Of a stretch of DNA of 64,000 bases, positions 22,085 to 33,781 are shown in pieces (position 1 is the first letter of the stretch; each line of letters opens with the position of its first letter). The stretch lies in assembly GCA_964019335.1 (NCBI GenBank), contig OZ025725.1, positions 186,001-250,000 on the forward strand, read 5' to 3'. Source of the DNA: Diplonema japonicum (Eukaryota; Protista; Euglenozoa: Diplonemea). The notes beneath the pieces are model-generated. The model ran no database searches, was not told the DNA's origin, and saw only the letters and a program-made list of their open reading frames with translations. Made by a program: the position numbers and the translations under genes.

Positions 22085-23614
22085 ATGTTATGCATCCTTG
22101 GTTTGATAAGCGTTACCTTCGGTTGTAGCACTGGGGACAGAGTGCCAGTAAGAAAGGGTGGAGTGTGCGGCACTACAACTACAACGTGTGCGAACAGCAA
22201 CGGGTTAGTTGCGGGGGCTACCGAGGCGAAAACTGTAAGCGTCAACGGACGGGAGGGCGAAGAGCTGACATGCTCCGCAAACACGTGCGAATCTCTACGC
22301 GACCACGGCGAACCCTGCACAACTGACAATGAATGTTTGGACAAATCCTGTCATCAATCTACATGCCAAGGTTTCCGCCGAGTCCTCCCAGGAGGAAGCT
22401 GCTCTTCAAACTCCGCGTGTTCCAACGGGTACTGCAACAACAACAACCTTTGTATACTGTACGCGAACGTTGGCGAACCATGCAGCCCGGCCGTTGTCCC
22501 TTTACAGTCGTTCAGCCGGGAGTTAAACAATTACGTAACCATTCCAAGCAATAACCCGCTGTGCCACCCGGGGTTTTTTACGACGACATCCTCGACAGAA
22601 CTTGCTTTTCGAAACCCGAGAGATCCGGAGAGATCAGTATCAACCGCACCGTTATACTGCATGACGGTGTACAATACAAAAACAGCCGCCGTGACAGGTG
22701 TGTGCAGGCAAATCGTCGAACGAGGGAACGAAAACGATTGCATCGCACCGCAAAATTTATTCGGGTTGACCCCATTGCTCAAAACACCTGTTGTTGTAAC
22801 TTCGTTACCGGTTACCCCAGGGCTCTGCGAACGTGGAACATACCCTCGGCTTGAAGACAATTCTACACTGTGTTCTTGTCGAAAATTCGTGAAGTTCGGC
22901 GGGGAGTGCAGGTTCACCCTGCACGAGGGTATTTATCGTACCCTCGATGAGTGTCGTTACGGGTCGCGATGCGTGGTAACAGAAAAATATCTCCCGACTT
23001 CGCAGTTGATATCCGGGAAATGTGTTGAGTTTGTAAACGGTGCTGTAAATGTTAAGTATTATACAGCACCGGGAGAAGCAGACTTCAACAGGCAGGATGT
23101 GTGCCCATCAGGAAGTGTTTTCAATCCCATCGAAGAATTGTGTGAGACGGTAACTTCACAAGTTACGTGTGACGAGAATTCCGATTGTGTTTCAGGAATA
23201 TGCGATGTTCAGTGTGGTGACAAGGCCGTGGGTGTGTGTGTTGCCGCCAATGGGATTTGCACGCTGGAGCTGAGGGAAGCTTTATCATACTTGTATGATC
23301 GGGCTGTCGCGAACCGCAGTGTTGTTGCCTCGCCCTATGGTGCCTTTGCCGGGACCTTGAAAGTTCTGTCCGAGAAGTCTAAAACGCAAAAAAACTATCT
23401 TTGTTGTCTTCACGACACGGTGGCGACCTCCTCTCTTCTTTATACCACCTTCGGGCTTCGAGATTTAGATTTATCTGAGACGTGCTCCTCCACTACGTCG
23501 CCGTTCACCATAATCCTCAGCTCGATTTGCGGTGCTGTGGGGTTCTTCTCTTTTGCTGTTATTCTGATACAAGATATCGTACCCTCGTCTAGGGCTGCAT
23601 CTGTAGAGGGGTGA
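22085..23614 (+). CDS. Cys-rich type I surface protein
   Basis: Signal-like N-terminus MLCILGLISVTFG; repeated GEPC...CxxxxC modules; C-terminal TM helix IILSSICGAVGFFSFAVILI. Confidence 0.8.
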   Translation: MLCILGLISVTFGCSTGDRVPVRKGGVCGTTTTTCANSNGLVAGATEAKTVSVNGREGEELTCSANTCESLRDHGEPCTTDNECLDKSCHQSTCQGFRRVLPGGSCSSNSACSNGYCNNNNLCILYANVGEPCSPAVVPLQSFSRELNNYVTIPSNNPLCHPGFFTTTSSTELAFRNPRDPERSVSTAPLYCMTVYNTKTAAVTGVCRQIVERGNENDCIAPQNLFGLTPLLKTPVVVTSLPVTPGLCERGTYPRLEDNSTLCSCRKFVKFGGECRFTLHEGIYRTLDECRYGSRCVVTEKYLPTSQLISGKCVEFVNGAVNVKYYTAPGEADFNRQDVCPSGSVFNPIEELCETVTSQVTCDENSDCVSGICDVQCGDKAVGVCVAANGICTLELREALSYLYDRAVANRSVVASPYGAFAGTLKVLSEKSKTQKNYLCCLHDTVATSSLLYTTFGLRDLDLSETCSSTTSPFTIILSSICGAVGFFSFAVILIQDIVPSSRAASVEG

Positions 23615-24028
23615 AATATATAAATAAAAAAAGTTTTTTTTTTATTGGCGGGCCGTTGCTAACCACTTCGTTCCTATCATAGTGAATTTTATTTATTTTT
23701 TTTTTATTGATAGTTCTATTTCAGTTGTGTTTCGTTTTATCCCCCCCCCCTTTTTTTTTCCCGTCAGGTGATATTTTAAAAAAAAAAAGAAATCCTTTTT
23801 TTTTCCCCCCTTTATTTGATGCGAGTTTCGTCCCCCCATTCTAAAAAAAAAAAAAAAAAAAAACCCTCCCACTTTCCGACCATTTTTCTTTTTTGCTTCG
23901 TCTGTCTCTGTTTCATTATTCTAATTTTGACTACCAACTTGGAAAAAAAAGAAAAAAAAAAAAAAAAAGAAAAGAAAAAAGGGAGAGGGCGGCCCTTAGG
24001 TTGGGAACAGTGTTTACATCCCTATCCA

Positions 24029-26101
24029 ATGCAGTTGGTGCCCCCCATTTCCATGGAGGATCAGCTGACATGTGGCTTAATGGAGTATGGCAGCGAGGAA
24101 AGCGAGCTGCTAGAAACCGAGGTGGAACAGAAAGTACTGGCGAAGAAGGTGCTGCTGGGAGACGATGTAACGCGTGAAATGGTAGGCCGGCTGGAGTCAA
24201 TGTTCATGATTAGTGAAAAAAGCGGAGGGCTCGACGAGGTCCGGATGATACAGAAAACAGCTGCCGATCTCATGGAACAGCCGGTGGGCAGAACACTCGT
24301 CAGCTCCCTGCAGTCCATCCTCAACAGATGTGTAGAACTCGAGGCCGAGTATCTCTCCGCCACCACTACCGCAGAACTGGACGCCTTGCACGCAGAAATA
24401 GGTGTTGACCGTGCGCACCGTAGCATGAGGAAGAAGTCCGGTTCTACACGCGATGCTCATGTAGTCAAATCCAATTACACGGAGTACACCAGGAATCTCC
24501 TCGCCGTCCTGCATTCTCTGCAAGAATCCGCTCCCTCTGCCACCACCAAGATCCAACACCATGAGGAGGAAGACCTTGAGGTCACCACCACAACCTCCTC
24601 CGAGGTGTCCATTTCCTGTGGGGTGTCCCTCCTCGTCATACCGCCCAGCTCTTACATCATCGGCATGGACCTCGGGGCTCATGGTGACGATCCGGTAGTT
24701 AAGGCGTCCCGTCTTCTTAACATCCCGTTCATAGACCCCACCGCGGAACCAGAGGGCCTGCATGTACAGTGGAACACACTCCTCACTCGTTCCATTGCGC
24801 TGCCGAGTGTGAAGCCTGATTCGATGAGTTTGGAAGCACCGCATATATCGTGCAACCCGCTGCAGACGTGGGTCACCGAGGCAGGCTTCGAGATCACGAA
24901 GGACGTCATCAGAAGGTCGCACCTCGCGAAGCTCATGGACGCTTTCCCCAAGGTGCGGGCCATTGCCGCATGCTTGGACATGTCGGAGGGCACGCATGTT
25001 CCTGTGTTTCTAAACGGTGTACACGTAGGGTATGAGGACGTTCCTTTCATGGAGGACGGGGACGACGACCCTGCTGTGGAAGTTCCATACGTCGTGGCGG
25101 CACAGTTTGCAGAAGCGCTAGGAGCAAGAGTACCCACATGGCAGGAATGGGAAATGGCTGTGCGGGGCGAGGAAGGGCTGAAATTCCCGTGGGGCGACCA
25201 AGACGACCTGCCATGCATAGACATCGACGTGGAGGAGGTAGCAGGGACGTACTACAACATGCTGACTAGCTACGGGTGGCTGCGGCACTCGGCGAGCCCA
25301 CTTGGCTTGGTGGGGCTCTGCCGAAGCGGTTGGGAATGGAACAGCTGCAACTTCGACGTCAAGGATGCCACAGGAGGGCTGGAGGAAATACCGACAACAC
25401 ATGTGATAAGGTCATTGAGCGACTTCAGAGTCGGGTGGCAGGAGACAGTTCCAACTTCAGCACGGCGGTCTTTCACACTCCCATGCGCTGCTGCATACGG
25501 AGTCCCGCATAAAGGGATCCACGCAGCTGCTTTCCGTCTTGCGTTTGACCAGAACCCTGTTCAGAAACCACCTGTAAAGCTTAACCTCACTGACCTTGTC
25601 ATGTTGCTGAAGATTTCGCACCAGAGCCCCACCAACACGTCGCGGATCACAGGCCTGCTCGGGCCCCCTGAAACAAAAGTTAAGAATCCCACCGTTCACC
25701 AAACAGAAGAATGGCATTACCTGACCAAAGGCTGCAGTATTGAAGTCAGCACCATACGCGGTCTCAGGGTGCTCTCGGTCACGGTGTACGACAAGGACTA
25801 CACACTGCCGCGGAGCAGGCGCAGCTTTCTAGGAACGGTCAACAATGGCAAGAAATTCCCATTAAAGATCGCCGACCTTGGCCTTCCAGCACCCAACAGA
25901 GTGTCTGGAGCCATAAGCTACTACACAGTAACGCCAGAAGTCTTCTCTTGGTGGTCGGAAGGCCGTGCCCGTCCACCCCCGGGAAGACTCCGCGTAACAA
26001 CAAGCAGACCGTGGGAGCGTTTCGCCCCCGACCTTTTCCTTTCTTTAGCTGTGACGCACCCCAGTGACCACATATCTTCTCTCTCAGTTACTATAGAGTA
26101 G
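24029..26101 (+). CDS. protein with a central FGE-sulfatase (SUMF1-fold) domain; start may be 24053
   Basis: AAQFAEALGARVPTWQEWEMAVRG...FPWGD, SPLGLVGL...GWEW and AAFRLA match the RLPTEAEWE / FPWG / GNVWEW / GFR pattern. Confidence 0.75.
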   Translation: MQLVPPISMEDQLTCGLMEYGSEESELLETEVEQKVLAKKVLLGDDVTREMVGRLESMFMISEKSGGLDEVRMIQKTAADLMEQPVGRTLVSSLQSILNRCVELEAEYLSATTTAELDALHAEIGVDRAHRSMRKKSGSTRDAHVVKSNYTEYTRNLLAVLHSLQESAPSATTKIQHHEEEDLEVTTTTSSEVSISCGVSLLVIPPSSYIIGMDLGAHGDDPVVKASRLLNIPFIDPTAEPEGLHVQWNTLLTRSIALPSVKPDSMSLEAPHISCNPLQTWVTEAGFEITKDVIRRSHLAKLMDAFPKVRAIAACLDMSEGTHVPVFLNGVHVGYEDVPFMEDGDDDPAVEVPYVVAAQFAEALGARVPTWQEWEMAVRGEEGLKFPWGDQDDLPCIDIDVEEVAGTYYNMLTSYGWLRHSASPLGLVGLCRSGWEWNSCNFDVKDATGGLEEIPTTHVIRSLSDFRVGWQETVPTSARRSFTLPCAAAYGVPHKGIHAAAFRLAFDQNPVQKPPVKLNLTDLVMLLKISHQSPTNTSRITGLLGPPETKVKNPTVHQTEEWHYLTKGCSIEVSTIRGLRVLSVTVYDKDYTLPRSRRSFLGTVNNGKKFPLKIADLGLPAPNRVSGAISYYTVTPEVFSWWSEGRARPPPGRLRVTTSRPWERFAPDLFLSLAVTHPSDHISSLSVTIE

Positions 26102-26222
26102 GCTTTTTTTTTTTTTCTTTTCCTTCTTTCTCTTTTTTTTTCTTTTCTTTTTCAACAATTTGATACCAAAGGCAGTCAGAAAAAAAAAGAAAAAGAAAAA
26201 GAAAAAGAAAAGAAAAAAAAAA

Positions 26223-27764
26223 ATGGATGAAGACGAAGAGCGGAAGAAGGCGATGAAGCGTCGAGGCCCGATGGTGGTGCCAAGAAAAAACACGACGGTG
26301 CAAAAGGTAACGACATCGCATGACATACGGAAGGCGAAGGCAGAGGAGGAGAAAAGGTTCGTGGCGGCACCGAGGAAGAGGGTGGTGGTGCAAGCGGGGC
26401 TGATGCCGACGGCAGGCGGAGGCGGGGGAGGACAAGACGCGACAAAAATGCTATCACTAACCACAGACAACGGCGAGCGGACCGGCTTCGACGTTCTCCA
26501 GCACAGCTACGACAAGGACACATACCCCACAACCCTACCCGGCGCCGATACAACGGACGAACCAGCAAAAATCGGAGGCTATGTAGAGCTCCAACACACC
26601 ATATCTGGCGACGCACAGGGCGGCCAAGAACGCCGTTTCTGCGAGATCACACAAACACCCTCCGGACTGGCCTTCGTCCACAAACTACGTCCCGACAAAA
26701 GCGACAACGGGAAACAAATCCCAATGGCATACACCACGTGCAAACTGTTGGAAGACTCAAAAGTCGAATTCATCAACGATGACGACAAGGTGGTCCTCGT
26801 GGCAGAATCGCCTGCAGAAGCGCAGGCATGGTGCGATGCGATATCCAAAGCGGCAAAGCAGGCAGAGTCTGACAAAATCTTCGAGACATACCTCAATGAG
26901 ACGTACGGGACAGGGTTGGACTTCTTGGCAGAGGTCGAGAAGGAAGAGCGGACGCGTGTGCGGAACAACCAGGAGCTCTTCCCCAGCCACGACGCAGACA
27001 TCATGCGCGAGGACGAGCTGTTCCTCATCCAGCTGCCGCACATGTTGCCCGGCGTAGTCGCATCTCAGCAACAAGCAAGGAGAACTGCTACCCCACCTCC
27101 ACGACAAGCTGGCGCACCACCAGGACAAATGCGCAGCACCTCAGCACCCGCAAAACAAACCGATGATAAATCGAAAATCGCGCATAAACCAGGCACATCT
27201 TGGACCGGCCGTGCATTGGGATCAAGCGAGCACAAATCATCACTGGCAACACGGCCGTCCGGAAAGGTGGGGAAGATCTACGTGAGAAAGAGCGGGAAGA
27301 TCGAGATGAAGATGGGTGAATGCTCCTTTGACATATCATCGGGAGGCGAGGCAACCTACGCACAGACGCTGATGGGGGTGTACACCGTCGACAAGAAGTA
27401 CAGGGCAGACGGGTGGGGCCCTTCAGGCTGCCCTGTCTACTCAACCCCATCGCTGCAGAACCCTACCATGGCACGAAAGTCTGATGGAGAGGTCATTGCC
27501 GTGGTGAAGGAGCAGGACACACCGTCTGGGTACTTCTATTGCATCTCGAACAACGGGGGCTGGGTCCTGCGAGAGTCTCCAACAGGCGGGACATGGGCAT
27601 CTGTGGGGAACGAGGGCCAAGGACCCAGAGCTTACGAACTGGGGCAGATCGCGAGAAAGGTATAATTTCTTTTTTTTTTTCTTTTCTTTCCTTTCCAAAC
27701 CCCCCTCCCCCCTGTGCAGATCGTTGTCACACCAAACTTCGACCACTTCGACGACGACGTGTAG
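26223..27764 (+). CDS. RPC4: RNA polymerase III subunit RPC4/C53 with extra PH-like and SH3-like segments; intron 27660-27719
   Basis: LFLIQLPHMLP and GKVGKIYVRKSGKIEMKMG..FDISSG; splicing restores the RPC4 end LGQIARKIVVTPNF. Confidence 0.8.
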
Positions 27765-27948
27765 TGTTGGGAAGGGAGAACCAAGGAAAAAGAAAGAAAA
27801 AATCAAAGAAAAAGAATCTTTTTTTTTTTTTTTTTTTTTTTTGTTGCTGTTGGTTTTCCCGAAAAAAAAACAAAAAAAACAAAACAACATTTCCCAGAGG
27901 AAGAGGGGTATCGTTCCCCCCCCTCCCCCACCTCCCCCCTGCTCCTCT

Positions 27949-30418
27949 ATGTCATCAGAATGGATGAATCCCATCCACAGCGTGTCGCTAGCTGATTTCC
28001 ACATTCAGATTGGGAACACGATCACGCAGACATGGCCGCGTGAGACGGATTTCGGAGAGTTCAAAACAGAGAATTTGCACGACCTGTGTTTCCCGGATGG
28101 AGCACACGAAGCGCACAGGGACACTGTGTACGGGGTGCTGGACTGTAAAGACGGGACGAACATGTTCGCACTCGGGTGCTACAGGTCGCTGAAGACAACA
28201 GAGGTGGAACGAGGCGCGGTGCAGCGGGGGATCCTCGTCGTCACAACGGTGCCTATTTACAATGCAATAAACTCCACTGTGAATGAACTGCTTGAGTGGT
28301 GGCTGTGCAAAGGTGAGTCCCGCGATAAGTACAACAGACTGGACGACAACGACGCGAGGACGTGGATCGATCTGAACTCGGCCAACGCACCGGAGCTGCT
28401 GAGCGCGTCACCTCGGAACCCTACCAAAGCAGAGGACAGCCAGTTCCTCAAGCATCTCTACGAGTCCCTCTCCCGAGGGTTCAAGACATGCCGCGACGGG
28501 GACCGCAACGTCATCGTCCCGTTCGATTTCGAGTTTGAGTCATGTAAGATCTCCACCGAGCTGACCGCACCATTCGTCGCCCCCCTGTGCAAGGAAACCG
28601 TCCCTGCGTCGCTTTCCGACACCCTCGGATACGGTGCTTGTCTCTCTCAGCTCATCTCGATCTTCAAGCACGGTACTGCCAAGATCTACACCGCGTTGCT
28701 CAAACGGCAGTCCATCTGTTTTGTTGACCACGGAAACGCCATGATGGTGGGCACGTGCGTCCTCGCATGCTGCCATCTCGTGCGCCCCCTCTCTCTCTCT
28801 TCCAAAGAGCTCGTCCCTTACTTCACAGTCACCGACTGCGAAAGGGTCGAAACTGCTGAGTTTGTTGTCTGTGGCACTACAAATCCCTTTTATGAGGAGC
28901 CTGATAGGAACACCTGGGCCACGCTTATCTGTTCCCTCAGCGATGGTAGTGTGCACACCAACGCCCCGCAAGACATCCCACGCGCCACACAACGGCTCGT
29001 TTCCCACGTTGTTCAGGGTGTTGTCAAGGAGCGACGCACGGAGGCGTGGATTCGTAACTTTTTTGAGTGGAGCACTGCGAGGATGCTGCTCAACCAGGGA
29101 ACGGCGCTCCCGCTTGCAAGCAAGTGCGCACCGTCGAGTTACACTCTCCAGGAGTGCATCGATAAGACGGAGAGCATCACCGACACAGTCACAAAGTGCC
29201 ATGAGGTCAACAAACAAAAGACGGCCATCCACAACGACTGGTTCTCCGCCATGCTCGACGTGCTGCGCGCAGTTGCACAACGGTCAGAAGCGGAGCAGCT
29301 GGAAATGTACAAACAGATTGCGTCGTACCAGCTAGACGATGAGCTGGCGGGATTCGCGGACATCACGATAACAGGATGCGGGTCGCGCACTGAAAGGTGT
29401 GCCATCGCGCAGCTTGCCTACGAAGAGAACAAAACACGCCTGCTGCTCACAGAACTCCGCGAGAGGATCTACCTGCTCATCGACAACATGAACAAAAGGA
29501 ACTTCGTCGCCTTCGGCGATGAGGAGAACCAGCTCTTCTGCGACACCTTCAACTCCTCGGAGTACCAGCTCTACAACGTCATGAGCCAGGTCCTACTCCA
29601 CACCGCCAGCTGCACCGTAGAGCACCGCACGCGAAGTGACAGCTTTAAAGCGAACGGAAAGCTATGGATCTCCAAGAATTACATAGGCTTTACATGCGGG
29701 TGGCTGTCCAAGCTAGGCAAGTCCAAGGACAAGAACTCCGTGGAGCTGCTCCCCTTTGACATTGTCACTGCGGTGTCTGCCGAGACAAACGTGGTAAACG
29801 AGGGCATCAAAATAGTCCTGCACGACGGGTGCGTGCTGTACATCAGCGGGCTGAACGAGACGTACAAGGTGCGGACGCTGCTGGAAACGCTTGCTGAGAA
29901 GCAACGAAGGATCTGCATGCTGCTCGGGGCACTGGACCCGGCCATCAAGGTGCCCGACCTGAGCGGCACCAAGAGCCCGCTGGGGATACCCCGCAAAATG
30001 GTGATCCCCTCGGGCCTGTACTTGTACGACAGGCTCATCACAGAGGTGGTGTGGGAGAACAACAGGTCATACCCAGTGGCAGGGTGGAGCGGGAAGACAC
30101 TCTTGACAGACCCGCCGACATGGTCCGACGCATCGGGCAAACATGAAAGAAAGATCGATGACAAAGGTGTGATGCTGCCGTCTGGGTGGACGTGGATGGG
30201 GGAGTGGGAGAGGGGTGAGTGGGTGTTCAACACAGACTTCAAAAAACCGAACTGGAAGGAAACACGCTCGAAGCTGGACCTCTGCAGACGGAGAAAGTGG
30301 ACGAGGGTCCGAAAACTGGAATACGACGCGTTCGGTACCCCGCTGCCAGTGATGATGATGCCGGGGGACCATCGTGAGGAGGAAGTCATGTCAGGCTCGG
30401 CAACACCCCGTTCAGAGG

Positions 30419-30450
<32 letters not shown>

Positions 30451-31191
30451 GTTTCAATGGAAAACATGTCGTTCAGCAGCATGCGGTGCAGGCAGACCAC
30501 AGCACAGGTGTCGAAGTCACCAGTGCTTTCCCCAAGCGATTTCAGGCCCGAGGCGGTGCTTCCTGACGACACAGCGGATCTCTCACTGATGGATTTCACC
30601 CCACCTGCAGGTCTTTATAACCCATTCCATTCCACCGCTGAGCTTCCTGGGTGTGGGGCACTCCGATATGATACTATAGGGGAAGACAAGGAAGTGGTCG
30701 ATGAGTTGATTGCAGAGGCCAATGGTGTCACGAACACCCCCAGGCGGTCCCACAGGAACTCCATCAGGCAGTTCAAACAGGACTTTAAGAACGATTTGCG
30801 GGATTTGAAGACAGACTTAAAGGCCTCTTTTGCGGGTGGGGAGTCGAGTCCTTCGCTTACGCCGCGAGGAAGTTCCCCCTCGCACCCTGTTTCTCGTGGG
30901 GTGGTCATGATTACTACAAGATCTACGTCTCCTTCCCCGTCGCCTACTGGGGAGCAATCTTTCGTCGACCCTCAGTTGGAAATTGCAGAGCAGGAAGAGG
31001 CTAAACCTGCAAAGACATCGAGATTGGGATTTGTATGTGAAAAATTTAAAAAGAAAAAAAAAAAAAAAAAAAATAAGAAGTCCGGTCTCCGTTCGCTGAT
31101 GACCAAAACCAGCAGCAACAACAGCGGGTCTCCAAAAAGCAACTCCTCACCTCAAGGTGTACCTAAGCACCCGCCCCCTGCGTTGTTTTAA
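27949..31191 (+). CDS. DENN (Avl9/AFI1-like) + GRAM + DysF domain protein; probable in-frame intron 31033-31077
   Basis: LCFPDGAH (DENN), GKLWISKNYIGF (GRAM), VWENNRSYPVAGW...LPSGWTW...RRRKWTRVR (DysF). Confidence 0.8.
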
Positions 31192-31227
31192 AAAGAAAAA
31201 AAGAAGGGTGGTTTTTTTTTTTTTTTT

Positions 31228-31669
31228 ACAAAGCGAACCGCGCATTGCAGACGCAGACATACCCGTGGCGGGTGGTCATGACGGGAAGGGCACACCCGAC
31301 GCCGACGGTGGCCGAATTGCGTGGGCTGGAAGGCAAGAAGGCTGAGGTATGTGCTGAGACGTGTCCAGGACCTGTACCACGCTGATGGCAGAAGGACGGC
31401 GTTCCCAGCAGCGCGAGTGGATCGCGTCAACTCCCTGCGCTGTATAGGAGGACCGACCACACACGGGTATGACAGGAGGCCAGTACTCCCGGAGCGAACC
31501 ATGAGCAGCATCGAAGGCTTGCGTGACACGTACCTGTCACAGACCCCGACAAGGCTGCCCCGCACGTTTTACCACCGCAGTAGGAACCCGCCAGAGCCCC
31601 CAGAACGGGGACAACGGGGACTAAGTACAGCGCGGCCGGTGAGCGCAAAAACGCATACCTTAAAAGAAT

Positions 31670-31672
<3 letters not shown>
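31228..31672 (+). mobile_element. 5'-truncated, internally deleted retroelement-like remnant between T-runs
   Basis: Encodes ANRALQTQTYPWRVVMTGRAHPTP and, in another frame, KARRL...AFPA..VDRVNSLRCIG...GYDRRP, homologous to the ORF in 60491-61310; T-runs at 31212-31227 and 31673-31721. Confidence 0.75.
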
Positions 31673-31721
<49 letters not shown>

Positions 31722-32423
31722 CACGTGTCCCCTTTTGTGACAAAAATAACAGAAAGGTTTTTTAAAAAAAAAAAAAATCCGTGTTTTATTTTGTGTGTTT
31801 TTTTTTTTTTTTTTTTTGTGTGTGTTTTTTTTTTCTTCCTCAACTTTCCCGCGTTGTTCTGTTCTGCCCTTTTTTTTTCTCTTTTTTTTTTTTCCAACTA
31901 CCAAGGCGTGCTTATAATCTGTGACAAAAAAAAGGGGGGAGGGGAAAATCGGATAAGAGAAGGAGCAGGGTGTAAGTAGGGTGATGCATCCATCAGGGTC
32001 GCTGCAATACACCAAGGCCACAAAAGGTAGTACCGAGGTCGTATAGTTTAAACTTAATCTTTTTTTTTTTCTTATTTAGACACAAAATCGGAAGACGGGG
32101 AAAAAATCGAAACGCTTTTCTTCTTTTTTTCTTCTTCTTTTTTTTTCCCCCTCCCTCCAGTGAAAAAAAAAAGTAGAGTAGTAGGGGGACCCAATTTTTG
32201 TTTTCTTCCGATTCCCCCCCTTTTTTTAATTATTATTATGTTTTTTTTTTCACACACACCCACAAACACGAGGGGAGGGGGGGGGGTATTTCTTTTTTTT
32301 TATCTTCAAAATCCTTTTGTCTACGTCTTTGATTTTTTTTTTAAATTGCCAGCGAAACATCAAAGAAGCAAAAAATAAATAAAATAAATAAAGGCACCCC
32401 CCCCCCCCCCCCCCCCCCCGTGT

Positions 32424-33659
32424 ATGAACAACCCGCAGCAATATGAAATCGCATACGGAACTACGAGGATCGTGATCTCCGGCGGGGGTCAAAAACAACA
32501 ACAAGAAGAAAATGTTCCCGTCGCCGAGAAAGCGCAACGATTCGTGAATAACCTTGAAACGTACATCTTAAACAGAGATGAAAACACAATGTGCTACCAG
32601 TTCGCAACTCTCTGCAAGAGTGGCGCGGTCAACACAGAAATCCTACAAAAAACCATGAACCTCGTGTTCCAGCAGCAGTGGTTGGACGGCCCTACCGATC
32701 AAAACGAACGAGAAGGTAACTGCTCGTTAATCGACAAAATATGCATTATAAGCATCTCGTCAGGCGCGGTAACCACCGAAACAGCCTATACAGTATGGGA
32801 CAGGCTTTGCTATTCCGCGTCGCCCGACAGAACTTCACCCTGCCACATTTGTTCAGAAATGCTTTTCGTGATCTGTATTGACCCACACCACCCACCTGGA
32901 TTCGAACCGGGTCTCTTTTTAAATTGCATTCAACGCCACAATCTTGTGAAACATCAGGTGGCTTTCCTCCAATGCCGGATTAAAACCCCCGGATACGGGA
33001 AAACATTGCTTCACATTATAATAAAGAACGCAATGGAAAAAGAACTAGCAGACGCGCTGCGTCTTGAAGGGGAAAGTGGATGGACTGCCGCGTTACGCCA
33101 TGCAGTTCCACTGTCAAAGGTCAAATGGGTGGCGATCCGTGCCGGGTGGGAGCTCGGCCCTGATAAGGCCGTTGAACTACTGAACGACTTCGGGGTACAG
33201 TTCGACGGTGCCGAAGGCGTGTTGTCAGTACTGCACACCATGAAGAGCGCTTTGCAGCAGAGGGAGAGGTCTGTGGAAACCGTCAAAGAGCTTTATGACG
33301 ATGTTTACAGAACTGTTGATACAATTTCGCATGTAGCCCGCGCTCTCTCGGTTCAGGAACAAACAGGGCTTCCAAATAAACGCATTCTCAGCGATTGCCA
33401 AGCGGCGGTCAGAACGTCTGACCCTTTCATACTGAACCCGTTGCCTGCAGGACCGCCGACGCATTGGTCCGCTGTAGTGAAAGAGGGGGCTACTTGCTCT
33501 GCTTGTTCGTCTCCTTTAACAGCTTCTCCTTCACATGTTTCCCGATGCGGGCACTTCCTTCACGATACTTGTCGAAACGCTTCCGATTTCTGCCCTTCCT
33601 GTCCCGCGCCTGTCGGGCCTTCTGTTCGCTCATCTCTTTCGTTTCAGACTGTTTACTAG
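32424..33659 (+). CDS. helical protein with a C-terminal RING-H2 finger
   Basis: CSAC...CGHFLHDTC...CPSC at the C-terminus of a 411-aa ORF. Confidence 0.75.
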   Translation: MNNPQQYEIAYGTTRIVISGGGQKQQQEENVPVAEKAQRFVNNLETYILNRDENTMCYQFATLCKSGAVNTEILQKTMNLVFQQQWLDGPTDQNEREGNCSLIDKICIISISSGAVTTETAYTVWDRLCYSASPDRTSPCHICSEMLFVICIDPHHPPGFEPGLFLNCIQRHNLVKHQVAFLQCRIKTPGYGKTLLHIIIKNAMEKELADALRLEGESGWTAALRHAVPLSKVKWVAIRAGWELGPDKAVELLNDFGVQFDGAEGVLSVLHTMKSALQQRERSVETVKELYDDVYRTVDTISHVARALSVQEQTGLPNKRILSDCQAAVRTSDPFILNPLPAGPPTHWSAVVKEGATCSACSSPLTASPSHVSRCGHFLHDTCRNASDFCPSCPAPVGPSVRSSLSFQTVY

Positions 33660-33781
33660 TTTTTTTTTTGTTTTTTTTTTCGTATCAGTATATTTATTTT
33701 CCCTCACAGGCGGAAACAAAATAGGGGCGTGTGCGGGCTTTAGACAATTAAAGTATTAAGGCCGCCAGCACCCCCCCGTGG

